Positions 22,301 to 30,784 are shown, counted from the stretch's first letter. The stretch: 64,000 nt of DNA from Hyalangium minutum (GCF_000737315.1 NZ_JMCB01000022.1:62001-126000); one strand, 5' to 3'. Notes: generated from the letters alone by a model not told the origin. A program made the numbers and translations.

Positions 22301-23476
22301 GAGGTGCCGCAGGCGAGCGCGGTGGACATGGCGCTGTCGCTGATGGAGCTGCGAGTGGAGGGGGATGCGAAGCGGGGCTTCCGCGTCCAGTCGCGCCTGC
22401 CGTTCGAGACCTCCAGCGGGAGCGGCACGGAGAACTGGTTCATCGTGCGAGCGGGCACGGAGCTGCGGCTGTTGGGGACGGGGTACGACTACGGAGTGCT
22501 CGGGCAGGAGGCGATGCGGCGGGTGGAGGCGGGGGACCTGGAGGGAGCGCGCCAGTGGCTGGACTGGGCGCGGGACTCGATGCCTTCGACGCTGACGGAG
22601 CAACAGGCAGGGGCCAACTTCCTGCGGCTGTGGAAGAAGGAAGCAACGGCGGGGAAGGAAGAGCTGCGGGTGGCGGCGGCAAGCCTGATGGCGTTCGGCA
22701 AACAGGCGGTGCGAGCGATTCCGTACCTGAGCCTGGCGCGAGAGCGAGCGGCGACGGACACAGAGCGGCGCGGGTTCGATCGGGACTTGCTGGCGGCGTA
22801 CTACCACCTGAAGCGGCTGCCCGAGATGCTGGAGACGGCGGACCGGCTGCTGGAGGTGGCACCGGTGGATGAGTCCGCGTACTACCAGGCGACGTACGCG
22901 CTGCGGCAACTGGACCGGCCGGACGAGCTGACGAAGCGGGCGGAGGCGCGGCTGAAGCTGCTGCCAGACGACGACAAGGCGCTGGAGACGCTGGCGAGCG
23001 TAGCAACGATGCGAGGCGAGCTGGCGAAGGCGCAGGAGTACCGGAGGCGCATCGTCGAGGCGGGCAAGGCAACAGCGCACACGTACAACGAGCTGGCGTG
23101 GAACACGCTGTTCTTGGGGAAAGTGGACGAAGGAGCGGTGGAGGACGCGCTGAAGGCGAACACGCTCACGAGCTACGGGAACGCGTCCTACGTGCACACG
23201 CTGGCAACCATCTACGCGGAGCTGGGCAAAGGACAGGAGGCGCGGCAGCTGCTGCTCAAGTCGCTGGAGTTGCAGGGAGCAAGCGCACTGCAGGCCTACG
23301 ATTGGTACGTGGTGGGGCGAATTGCGGAGACCAACGGACTGCTGGAGGAGGCCCGAGCGGCCTACCAGCGAGCGAAGAGCCCCAAACCGGATATCAACAG
23401 CGTGGACGCGCTAGCGAACTCACGGCTCAAGGTGCTGGAGAAGGGCCCAAGGACGGTGGCGAAGCCCACGCCGTAA
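19394..23476 (+). CDS. DUF3857 / transglutaminase-like / TPR secreted protein
   Basis: Signal peptide; GDCKD (Cys), FDHAI (His), WIDAT (Asp) triad; long TPR-like C-terminal region. Confidence 0.88.
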   Translation: MRLVLAVLLASLPAFAAEPWDAPPFTADPSALAGAAAALPTPPGAEVEVLLEEGTFSYDAKGRETSTSRLVYRVVTQEGAKNWATIGVGYAPWHEERPEVRARVITPDGKAHELDPSTLADTSPADREPETLSDQRLLRGPLPAIVPGAVVEQLITTRETESVFASGVARRFFLGKEVPVRRVRLTLDAPQGQPLNFVTRGLRTKPRRVEANGRTRLVFEQGPLEPLAMPEPFLPADAVTWPHIAFSTGRAWNDLARRYHETVEAQLAGANLERTAQEILGEEKRREVVAAKLTKWIHSQVRYTSLQFGEAAVVPRQPAEVLVRRYGDCKDLSTLLVGLLRASGVPASVALLRTGLEDVQESLPGFGLFDHAIVYIPGTPALWIDATDAFSPPGVLPAMVQGRLALLAHPDTKSLVRTPELPASANLTTTTREVFLSERGPSRITEVKESMGTVASAYREHFALTESARVREGYVDYVKSAFSASDVKKLNPVELESLEKPFRVELEVEEASRGYTDDKEAAVGLGGAYLLGRLPDYLLEETSDEQPRGKRRGELVLLEPYVAELRYRVASPAGYTPKPLPKNFTRKMGPATYSGEYALMGREVNVTFRFDTGKRRWSAAEVEAFRTSFDAMSQEEESLLGFEHDGASLLAEGHVPEALEVYRRMVELHPKEALHRGQLALALLEAGAGEEARTEARRGTEVEPSSALGWRTLGWVLQHDTLGRRFKPGFDHAGAVAAYRKARTLDPTDFETRGDLGILLEYGPQGDRYGEDSRLEDAVAEYLALRQDLNRKDMDDHLLLDLFLLEEYAELLKRASGMEPSPLRNSVRLSASAMVDGAAVAVKNAAKWVPTMDARREALEDAANRLMRLRRYPEAHALLTEAAKGAPDAVEKQRRLIPLAKAVRFEPKSLKGDDPRSVVQRLFLAMLDDEGGQAQVERLLHKPSLAAEPELADEVMRTVRVLLNRGVLAEVPQASAVDMALSLMELRVEGDAKRGFRVQSRLPFETSSGSGTENWFIVRAGTELRLLGTGYDYGVLGQEAMRRVEAGDLEGARQWLDWARDSMPSTLTEQQAGANFLRLWKKEATAGKEELRVAAASLMAFGKQAVRAIPYLSLARERAATDTERRGFDRDLLAAYYHLKRLPEMLETADRLLEVAPVDESAYYQATYALRQLDRPDELTKRAEARLKLLPDDDKALETLASVATMRGELAKAQEYRRRIVEAGKATAHTYNELAWNTLFLGKVDEGAVEDALKANTLTSYGNASYVHTLATIYAELGKGQEARQLLLKSLELQGASALQAYDWYVVGRIAETNGLLEEARAAYQRAKSPKPDINSVDALANSRLKVLEKGPRTVAKPTP

Positions 23477-23529
23477 CGTCAGCGCCCTCAAGGCTTCGAG
23501 GCCTTGGGACGCCCAAAGCGCCTAGTCGC

Positions 23530-23835
23530 CTACCGGGCGGCGGGCCCGGAAACAGGAGCAGGCTCGAAGATCTCCGAGACGGACTCAGCAATCGCAGCCC
23601 TGCGCACCCAGACCTTGAGCTGTGAGAGTTCCGAACAAGCCATGATGCGCTGGCGCGCAGTCTCATCCACCGTGAGCCCCCGGGCATCGAGCACCTCCAA
23701 GAGGGCTGCCTGCTCGCCTTGATGGAGCCCCTTCTCAAGCCCTTCTTTCAAGCCCTCTTGCAAGCCCTCCTTGCGTCCCTGGGCGACATACCTGCGGGCG
23801 AACTCGCTCTGGTACTCGTACTTTCCTTGTTGCAT
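23530..23835 (-). CDS. Candidate in-frame internal product (RpnS-like antitoxin, 101 aa)
   Basis: GGAGG-cactg-ATG inside the rpn frame (SD 23845-23841, ATG 23835), just before the EG-repeat helix. Confidence 0.6.
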   Translation of the reverse strand: MQQGKYEYQSEFARRYVAQGRKEGLQEGLKEGLEKGLHQGEQAALLEVLDARGLTVDETARQRIMACSELSQLKVWVRRAAIAESVSEIFEPAPVSGPAAR

Positions 23836-24462
23836 CAGTGCCTCCAGGGCGTTTCGAACCGCCTCGCTGAGCGAGGACACGATCAAGTCAACGTAGAGGG
23901 TGCTGCGCTCTTCATCAAGGCCCCGCACCACTTCAATCACGGTCTGGGCAATCGACACTCCCACCTCCTCATGCCCATGTGCCATGGCGGACAACACTGC
24001 TAGCTCCGGATCCTTCTGAGCGGCCTGTTTGTCTTGAATGACCGGGATGGCGTTGGGCCCTATGACGAGGGGCCGGAGCACGAAATCCGGATGGCCCATC
24101 TCGATGGGCTCTGCGCACCAACGAGCCACGGAAGCATCTGGAGCGACGACGAAGAGCGCCGCGGGACATTTCTCACGCGAGCGCACGCTGGCGAGATACA
24201 GCGGCCACGTCTTCCGCTTGCCCTCGTCACGTGACAACTGCACCTCCACCACGATGGCGAAGATGGGCTTGTCGTCCAGCAGGAGTACCACCAAGTCTGC
24301 TCGATACGCAGTGGGTACGACCTCGGTGAGCTCCGCAGACTGCACCCGCGCCTGAGTCCAGACCGGAAGGTGGAGACCGAGCGCATCACGCAGCAACTCA
24401 GGCGCCAGTTCTGGGCGATTGCGGAACAGGAGCAGGAGACCTTCGTGCTGCATCGAAACCAT
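23530..24462 (-). CDS. Rpn (recombination-promoting nuclease / RpnC-YadD-like) PD-(D/E)xK protein
   Basis: RADLVVLL..IVVEVQLSRD nuclease core; C-terminal GRKEGLQEGLKEGLEKG repeats. Confidence 0.85.
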   Translation of the reverse strand: MVSMQHEGLLLLFRNRPELAPELLRDALGLHLPVWTQARVQSAELTEVVPTAYRADLVVLLLDDKPIFAIVVEVQLSRDEGKRKTWPLYLASVRSREKCPAALFVVAPDASVARWCAEPIEMGHPDFVLRPLVIGPNAIPVIQDKQAAQKDPELAVLSAMAHGHEEVGVSIAQTVIEVVRGLDEERSTLYVDLIVSSLSEAVRNALEALMQQGKYEYQSEFARRYVAQGRKEGLQEGLKEGLEKGLHQGEQAALLEVLDARGLTVDETARQRIMACSELSQLKVWVRRAAIAESVSEIFEPAPVSGPAAR

Positions 24463-25340
24463 GGCGCAGCAAGCTACCTGCTGGGTCTGACAGATCCTGA
24501 CCTACTAGGTTCTGCGACTCACGCTCTACTCACGAGACCATAACCTTGGAGCAAGCACGGTGAGCCCCAACATCGTTGCAAGTAGAGCCCCCCACAGTCC
24601 CACGGTAGCGATGGCCCTCTGGCGTCGGTTCGTCTGAAGGCAAGGGCCCACCCCCTGCCTGTTACCAGCGCTCAGCAATAGGGAGTAAGTGCCAACGACC
24701 GAGCAGTGGTCCGATGCCGCCCAGGCCACAGATGTCATCTGTGGGGCCTAAGCCCTTACCCGTCAGCCCGCCTCCGGTAACAGACGACTCCCCATGCGGT
24801 CTGACGGGCTGACTAGACTTCCTGCCCTCTATGGTGGGTGGGACCCCGATCACTCAGAGCGAATAGGGCCAATTGTCGTTTTCCAATAAATACGGTCACT
24901 TAGCCTTTAAATAAAATGGCTGGCAGCCACTTTTCCTACTTGCAGTATGGGGGAGCAGGCGGTAGATCCCCCAACTGTCCGCAGCACCTGCGGCCGAGTT
25001 CTTTGACAACTACATCCGCATAGCTCAACCAAGCGAGTCAGTGGTCCGTTGTACCCAGTCCGGACTCAAAGTCCGGGCACTGATCGCGGTCCCGAGAGTA
25101 ACGGGATCGTTGTGGGCGAGAAGTCAGCGCCCACATACCTCGAAGCATGCGCATCCTGGTCCTGTGGTCTGGCAAGGTGTGCACTGCGACGGAGCAAGGG
25201 CAGCAATGCTCCGTCGGGGCAGCAGGCAAGGCAGAGTGGTTCCAGTTTCCCCTCACATCGAGACAAGCGCGGCTGGGCAGCACGTGCGAGTTAGGTGGCA
25301 AATTCAAACCCGCCACCCTCGACGTGTGAGGAGAAGCAAA

Positions 25341-25541
25341 ATGCGGAAAAACAAGTTGAAGAAGAAACTCGCCTCCATCCACAACTTCCTGCGAGCGGAG
25401 GTGGAGGCAGGGGAACTGGAATTGGGCTTCATGCAGGAGGTCGAGCGAAGCTTGGTCGAGTTGAGCCTCGCGGTTGAGGCCGACGACTATCAGATGGTGA
25501 AAGTCGCCATCAATGAGGCCGCCAAGAAGTTTCGGCGGTGA
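25341..25541 (+). CDS. Retron-associated small protein (SP, 66 aa), putative toxic effector
   Basis: GAGGAG RBS (25328-25333), ATG 25341; MRKNKLKKKLASIHNFLRAEVEAGELELGFMQEVERSLVELSLAVEADDYQMVKVAINEAAKKFRR; position matches type VI retron SP. Confidence 0.75.
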   Translation: MRKNKLKKKLASIHNFLRAEVEAGELELGFMQEVERSLVELSLAVEADDYQMVKVAINEAAKKFRR

Positions 25542-25578
25542 TCCGGCGAAGCGGAAGTAATGACCGAGAGCCCTAACA

Positions 25579-25640
25579 CACTGTCGTTTGTCTTGATGGG
25601 CCAACCGTGAACGTTGGCCCATCAAGACAGACTGATAGTG
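25579..25640 (+). other. Long hairpin, candidate msd (RT-DNA template)
   Basis: Perfect 17-bp IR TGTCTTGATGGGCCAAC (25589-25605) / GTTGGCCCATCAAGACA (25613-25629), extendable to ~27 bp with two G-U pairs and one bulge. Confidence 0.7.
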
Positions 25641-25648
25641 GGCACACG

Positions 25649-25942
25649 ATGAACTATGGCAGGGCATTGAAGAAGCTGCGAGAGAAACGCAATCTCAAGC
25701 AGAAAGAACTGGCTGAAAAGGCTGCCTTAGACGCTAGTTACGTCTCTCAGATTGAGAATGGGAAACGCGTGCCAAGCACTGCCGCTGTTGAGGCCATTGC
25801 CAAAGCACTCGATGTTCCACTCTATCTACTCATGCTGTTCGCATCTGACGCGGAAGATCTGCGAGGCATTTCGGAAGAGCAGGCTCGCCGCCTCGAAAAT
25901 CAGTTCCTAGACCTGGTCATGAAGGCTGAGCAAGGTGATTGA
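25649..25942 (+). CDS. XRE/Cro-CI family HTH protein (retron accessory)
   Basis: ALKKLREKRNLKQKELAEKAALDASYVSQIENGKRVPS; start ATG 25649 preferred over GTG 25607, which lies in the hairpin loop. Confidence 0.9.
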   Translation: MNYGRALKKLREKRNLKQKELAEKAALDASYVSQIENGKRVPSTAAVEAIAKALDVPLYLLMLFASDAEDLRGISEEQARRLENQFLDLVMKAEQGD

Positions 25943-27016
25943 GTGAGCGAGGCAACGGCACGAACCTTTTACTCCAAGGCTGGGCTTGGCTTTCACTTGA
26001 AGCGTGATTGGTCCACCCTGGAGTCATTAGCAGAACATGCTGGGGCCCACTACCGCTCTTTCGATGAATGGATGGGCAACAAGTGGCGGCATTTTGATGT
26101 GCCCAGTAAGCGACTCGCAGATGTTCAGAGGGAGATCGCTCGTTTCCTCAAGGCCAGAGTAAAATTTCCTGACACCATGCTCGGTGGCCTCAAAGGCGGG
26201 TCTCCCAAGAAAAATGCGGAGGCCCATCGTGGGCAGGGACTTGTGTTCAAACTAGACATCCGGGATTGCTTTCCTAGCATCGGCCACCGAAGGGTCTTCC
26301 GGATGTTCCGTGAGCAATTGAAATTCTCTGATCCGATTTCAAATCTGCTCACAAAACTAACAACCTTCCAGAATCGGCTTCCTCAGGGTTCTCCAGCCAG
26401 TTCTGTTATCGCCAATCTCGTCTTGATGGAACTCCACGAGTCCATCCAGTTGGAATGTGAAGCACTAGGACTGAAATGTACTTTTTTTGTTGATGACATC
26501 ACCCTCTCTGGAGAACGCGTTCGAGAGGTCATTGCACCGGTCGTGAGGTTGGTGCAGCGCCATGGCTTCTCGATGCGCCCATGCAAAGTCCGCCTACTAG
26601 CCGCTCACCGAGAAAAGCTTTCTGTCACTGGTGTTTTAGTGAATAGGAGGCGATTGTCAGTTGGACGGACGCGCAAGAACAAGCTCCGAGCGAGAATCCA
26701 TCAACTCTCACGAGGCGAACGCGTAACCGATTCGGATTTACGCTCTATCCAATCCTCGGTTGTACAGGTAAAACACATCTCAAACCACCAAGGTGAGACG
26801 CTAGAGAGGCTTGTGCAGGAAAAGCTACCGAAGCGCGGTGTCCAGACGCCTAAGGAGCGCGCGAAGAAGATTCGGCGAGTTTGCAAATGTACGCACAAGC
26901 ACCGTCATAAGCGGAATGAGGAATCAGTAACTGCTACTCATCAGCCGGCAAGCAGCGTGGCCGCCGGTCTTCCACGCCAACACTTCGTTCATACTCTAGA
27001 AGCTGGCCTCAGATAA
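25943..27016 (+). CDS. Retron-type reverse transcriptase
   Basis: Region X NAEAH (26213), KLDIRDCFPSI, LPQGSPAS, catalytic FVDD (26486), region Y VTG (26624); abuts the HTH stop. Confidence 0.93.
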   Translation: MSEATARTFYSKAGLGFHLKRDWSTLESLAEHAGAHYRSFDEWMGNKWRHFDVPSKRLADVQREIARFLKARVKFPDTMLGGLKGGSPKKNAEAHRGQGLVFKLDIRDCFPSIGHRRVFRMFREQLKFSDPISNLLTKLTTFQNRLPQGSPASSVIANLVLMELHESIQLECEALGLKCTFFVDDITLSGERVREVIAPVVRLVQRHGFSMRPCKVRLLAAHREKLSVTGVLVNRRRLSVGRTRKNKLRARIHQLSRGERVTDSDLRSIQSSVVQVKHISNHQGETLERLVQEKLPKRGVQTPKERAKKIRRVCKCTHKHRHKRNEESVTATHQPASSVAAGLPRQHFVHTLEAGLR

Positions 27017-27033
27017 CGCGCAGCCCTTGAAGA

Positions 27034-27071
27034 GTGAACGCAGCCTGCTCTCGAAAGCAGGCTGCGTTCAC
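27034..27071. terminator. Bidirectional intrinsic terminator closing the retron operon
   Basis: Perfect 16-bp IR GTGAACGCAGCCTGCT / AGCAGGCTGCGTTCAC between convergent genes, followed by CTTTCC. Confidence 0.85.
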
Positions 27072-27087
27072 CTTTCCTCAATGGACC

Positions 27088-27525
27088 TCAGTTCTCCGCG
27101 AGGACCGCAGGCGCGAAGCCGCCCGGACCGTAGCCCTTGAGCAGATGCACCGACCCGTCGGCCGCACCGGTCACCGACAGGTCCATCCAGCCGTCCGCGT
27201 CGAAGTCACGGGCCACCACCGCACTGCCCCCCCCCACCGGGAAGGACACCCGCGACGCGAGCGCCCCGTCCTGCCCCAGGAACACGCTCACCTCACGGCT
27301 GCCAGGGCTCGCCACCGCGAGGTCCATCTCGCCGTCCCCGTTGAAGTCCGCGCACGCCATCGCTGACGGGAACTCGCCCGTCGCGCTCAGGATGGCCGAC
27401 ACATCGAATGCCGCGTTGTCCATGCACCCACTGGCCCCAGCCGACTCCGAAGCCCCACCGCACCCGATGCTGAAGAGAACCACCACGACAGCCCCGGCCC
27501 ACGACGTCTTGCTCACTGCGGACAT
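27088..27525 (-). CDS. FG-GAP/VCBS-repeat lipoprotein
   Basis: Lipobox FSIGC; ADFNGDGEMDLAVA and RDFDADGWMDLSV repeats. Confidence 0.8.
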   Translation of the reverse strand: MSAVSKTSWAGAVVVVLFSIGCGGASESAGASGCMDNAAFDVSAILSATGEFPSAMACADFNGDGEMDLAVASPGSREVSVFLGQDGALASRVSFPVGGGSAVVARDFDADGWMDLSVTGAADGSVHLLKGYGPGGFAPAVLAEN

Positions 27526-27619
27526 AGCTCCACTCCTGGCGTTGGTATCCGCCCCTCCTCAAGAGGGGCGTGGCAGGTATGGAGAATACGGATCGGTCTG
27601 ACATACCCGGCAGGGAGGC

Positions 27620-28858
27620 TCAGGCCCCCGGCGCCGCCCCTGCCGCTTCCGCTGCATCCGACCGGTAGCGCCAGAACGCAGGCAGCAGGAGCCCACACAG
27701 CAACACCCCCACCACGCACAGCACGCCCCCTGAGATGATCGACACCCGCGTCGTGCTCACCGTCGCCACCCAGCCCGCCCTCGCGTTCCCAATCAGCGGG
27801 CCTGTCATGTAGCTGATCATCTCGATGCCCGACATGCGGCCTCGCATGTGGTTGGGGATCGTCTCGTTCCAGATGACGCCTCGGAACAGGCCGCTCACCA
27901 TGTCCGCCGCCCCCGACAACCCCAGGAACAGCAGCGCCACCGGCAGGCTCGGCGCCAGCCCGAACCCCACCGTCATCACTCCCCACACCCCCGCCGCCAC
28001 CACCACCGCCGCGCCTCGGCGCTTCACCCGCCCCGTCCACCCGCTCAGCGCCGTCATCACCAGGCTCCCCACCGACATCGCCGAGAACAGCGCCCCCGCT
28101 GCCGCCGCTCCGCCCCACGCGTCCCCCATCGCCGGGAACAACGCCGTGCAGAACGCGAACGTCATCGCCACGATGTCCACCACGTACGTCCCAATCAGCT
28201 CCGGCCGCTTCACCGCGTACTGCAGGCCCTCGTAGATGCTCCGCAGCCCCGGCGCGTGCGTTTGCTCGGGCGCGGGCATCTCCCGCATCATCCACAGCAT
28301 CGTCAGCGCGAACAGGAACGTCCCGAAGTCCACCAGGTACGCCACCTTCGCCCCCGCCGCCGCGATGAGCAGCCCTCCCAGCGCCGGCCCCGCCACCGCT
28401 CCCGCGCTGTAGCGCAGCGAGCCCAGCGCTGAAATCGACGCCAGGTCCTCCACCGCCACCAGCTTCTGCGTCATCGCGTCCATCGCCGGCCGGTGGAACC
28501 CGCTCGCCCCCTGCATCAACGCCGCGATGATGAAGATGACCCACAGGCTCGGCTCCGGCAGCGCCGAGTTGATCGCCAGCCCCAGCGCCCCCAGGCTCAT
28601 GATGGCCTCGGACACCAGCAGCAGCTTGCGCCGGTCCATCGTGTCCGCCACCGAGCCGCCAATCAGCCCGAACACCAGCACCGGCACCAGCTGCACTGTC
28701 CCCAGCAACCCCACCATCAGGTTCGACTTCGTCAGCCCGTACACCTGATACGGCACGGCCACGTACGTGATCATGCTCCCCAGGAACGAGACCACTTGCC
28801 CCAGGAACAGCAGCCGGAAGTCCCGGTACTTCTTCAGCGGTGACAGATCGAGCAGCAT
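27620..28858 (-). CDS. MFS transporter (EntS/DUF894-like)
   Basis: RDFRLLFLGQ, ADTMDRRKL, ~12 TMs. Confidence 0.9.
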   Translation of the reverse strand: MLLDLSPLKKYRDFRLLFLGQVVSFLGSMITYVAVPYQVYGLTKSNLMVGLLGTVQLVPVLVFGLIGGSVADTMDRRKLLLVSEAIMSLGALGLAINSALPEPSLWVIFIIAALMQGASGFHRPAMDAMTQKLVAVEDLASISALGSLRYSAGAVAGPALGGLLIAAAGAKVAYLVDFGTFLFALTMLWMMREMPAPEQTHAPGLRSIYEGLQYAVKRPELIGTYVVDIVAMTFAFCTALFPAMGDAWGGAAAAGALFSAMSVGSLVMTALSGWTGRVKRRGAAVVVAAGVWGVMTVGFGLAPSLPVALLFLGLSGAADMVSGLFRGVIWNETIPNHMRGRMSGIEMISYMTGPLIGNARAGWVATVSTTRVSIISGGVLCVVGVLLCGLLLPAFWRYRSDAAEAAGAAPGA

Positions 28859-28900
28859 GCGCGCCCTGTGTACCAGACCGCGCCCCGCCCCGTGGCCCTG

Positions 28901-30784
28901 TTACGCGTCCGGGGCGGACGGCTCGGCGCCCAGCGGCAGCCGGACCGTGAAGGTGGTGCCCTTGCCGGGCTCGCTCTCCACCTCGATGCGCCCGTTGTGC
29001 CGCTGGATGATGACGTCGCAGATGGACAACCCCAGCCCCGTCCCCTGCCCCGCCGGCTTCGTGGTGAAGAAGGGCGTGAAGAGCTTCGCCACCGTCTCAG
29101 GCCCCATCCCCTTCCCCGTATCCTTGATCCGCACCACCGCCTCGTCCCCCTCCTGCCGCGAGCTGATGTAGATCTCCCCGCGCTGCTCCACCGCGTGCCC
29201 CGCGTTCACCAGCAGGTTCATGAACACCTGGTTCAGCTGCGTCGGGAAGCAGCGCACCTCCGGCAGCGGAGCGAACTCCGTCTGCACCTCGCACTTGTAC
29301 TTGAACTCGTGCCGCACCATGCGCAGTGACATCTGCAGCACCTGCGTCAGGTCCGCCCGCTGCGGCGTCCCCGACTCCTCCCGCACGAACGTCTTCAGGC
29401 TGTGCACGAACTCCCGGATGCGGCTGAGCCCCTCGCGCGAGTCTCCCAGCAGCTCCTTCATGTCCATGACCAGCAGCGCCACCCGCTCGCGCTCGCGCAG
29501 CTCCCGCGTCTGCTCCAGTAGCTCCACCACGGCCTCGGGAGGCGCCGCCCCCAGGCGCTGCTCCACCTGCTCGTGCAGCCCGTTCAACTGCAGCAACACC
29601 GCGATGTACTCGTCCAGCGTCGCCACGTTGCTGAACACGTAGCTCACCGGGTTGTTGAGCTCGTGCGCGATGCTCGCCGCCATCTGCCCCAGCGAGGCCA
29701 GCTTCTCCGCCTGGATGAGCTGCGCCTGGCGGGCCTCCAGCTCGCGCGTCACCTGCCGTACCCGCTCCTCGAGCTCCTCCTGCTGGCGGCGCCGCTGATC
29801 CTCCGCCCGCTTCCGCTCGGTGACGTTGCGGACAATGGCCATCGCCTCGTCCAGGCCGCTGCGCACCAGGCGTGCCTCGTAGTGCTGCAGTCCCGAGGGC
29901 AGCTCCAGCGCATACTCGAAGATCGCCAGCGAGCCGCCTTCGCGCAGCTGCCTCAGGTTCTCGGCCAAGGGGTCCTGCAGCGCCGGCGGCAGCGGCATCG
30001 AGAGCAGGTTCTTGCCCACGAACTCGTGCACGGCCATCAGCGGCGCATCCAGCGCGGACGCCTTGAAGGCCAGGCACACCCCATCCAGCCGGAGCCGGAA
30101 GATCATGTCCGGGATGGCTTCGATGAACGCCTGCAGCTGCTCCTGCTGCGTCCTCAGCGCCTGCTCCGTGTCGCGCCGCCGCGCCTCTCCGCGCGCGGCA
30201 TACGTGATGATGCCGCACGTGGTGAGCAGCGGCTTCAAGAAGCTGATCAGCCCCTCGTCGTAACCCCCGGGCCGGTTGGCGATCCCCACCATGCCCACCT
30301 GCTCTCCGCGGACGTGGAACGGCACGCCCAGGAAGGCGCGCAGCGGAGGATGGCCCGGAGGAAGCCCCCCCGAGGCCGGGTGCTTGAAGGGCTCATTGGT
30401 GAGCAGCGGCTCGCCCGACGTCAGCACCTTGCCGAAGAGCGTCTTCAGGTTGCGGAACTCGATGCCCCGCCCACCGCTCTTCTCGTAGTACTCGTTCAGT
30501 TCCTCCGTCCAGGTGATGTTGGTGACGGAGTAGCTGCGCAAGAACGGAGCCCCCTGCGCGTCGTGGACGATCTCCGCGATGAAGCCGTACTCGCTGCGCG
30601 TCTCCCGGAGCATCAGCCTCAGCAGCCGATCGAACAGCGCGGGGTAGTCGCCTTGGGTCACCAGGTCCGCGTGCACCTGGGTCAGCTCGTCCATCAGCCG
30701 GTGGCTGGCCGCCAGGCGCTCTTCCAGGTCCTTCTGCTCCAAACATGCTCCCGTGGGAGTGCGGCCCCAACGGGGCGGTTCCAC
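28901..30784 (-). CDS. GAF-PAS sensor histidine kinase
   Basis: GAF (GLPPGHPPLRAFLGVP), PAS, AHELNNP H-box, QVFMNLLVNA, GTGLGL; start may be TTG 30742. Confidence 0.92.
   Translation of the reverse strand: MEPPRWGRTPTGACLEQKDLEERLAASHRLMDELTQVHADLVTQGDYPALFDRLLRLMLRETRSEYGFIAEIVHDAQGAPFLRSYSVTNITWTEELNEYYEKSGGRGIEFRNLKTLFGKVLTSGEPLLTNEPFKHPASGGLPPGHPPLRAFLGVPFHVRGEQVGMVGIANRPGGYDEGLISFLKPLLTTCGIITYAARGEARRRDTEQALRTQQEQLQAFIEAIPDMIFRLRLDGVCLAFKASALDAPLMAVHEFVGKNLLSMPLPPALQDPLAENLRQLREGGSLAIFEYALELPSGLQHYEARLVRSGLDEAMAIVRNVTERKRAEDQRRRQQEELEERVRQVTRELEARQAQLIQAEKLASLGQMAASIAHELNNPVSYVFSNVATLDEYIAVLLQLNGLHEQVEQRLGAAPPEAVVELLEQTRELRERERVALLVMDMKELLGDSREGLSRIREFVHSLKTFVREESGTPQRADLTQVLQMSLRMVRHEFKYKCEVQTEFAPLPEVRCFPTQLNQVFMNLLVNAGHAVEQRGEIYISSRQEGDEAVVRIKDTGKGMGPETVAKLFTPFFTTKPAGQGTGLGLSICDVIIQRHNGRIEVESEPGKGTTFTVRLPLGAEPSAPDA

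Larger units (their letters stand above)
25041..25648 (+). ncRNA. Putative retron ncRNA (msr-like hairpins 5' of the small gene, msd-like hairpin 3' of it); ends approximate
   Basis: Dense series of stems at 25056-25082, 25111-25135, 25187-25216, 25247-25335 and 25579-25640, directly upstream of HTH + retron RT. Confidence 0.55.

Noticed and set aside
24526-24738. 70-aa minus-strand ORF with hydrophobic C-terminus
   Set aside because: No clear RBS, starts inside the palindrome, no family resemblance; at most a remnant
25003-25031. Perfect TTGACA -35 hexamer as the retron promoter
   Set aside because: No acceptable -10 element at 16-18 nt spacing; the promoter could not be fixed from sequence
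25041-25541. 166-aa extension of the small retron ORF from GTG 25041
   Set aside because: The N-terminal 100 codons run through stacked RNA hairpins; a clear SD + ATG exists at 25328-25343
25546-25552. GCGAAGC extra-stable DNA mini-hairpin motif
   Set aside because: RT-DNA would carry the reverse complement; a 7-mer is expected by chance
25607-25648. GTG 25607 start for the HTH gene
   Set aside because: Lies in the loop of the 27-bp hairpin; the XRE domain begins right after ATG 25649
25943-27016. RT as group II intron, DGR or CRISPR-associated RT
   Set aside because: No maturase/endonuclease domain, intron domain V, TR/VR repeat pair or cas genes; NAxxH and VTG point to a retron
23477-27087. 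att-like direct repeats or IS ends bounding the island
   Set aside because: Only a short imperfect similarity (GCCCT..A) at the two ends; no integrase, TIRs or target duplication seen
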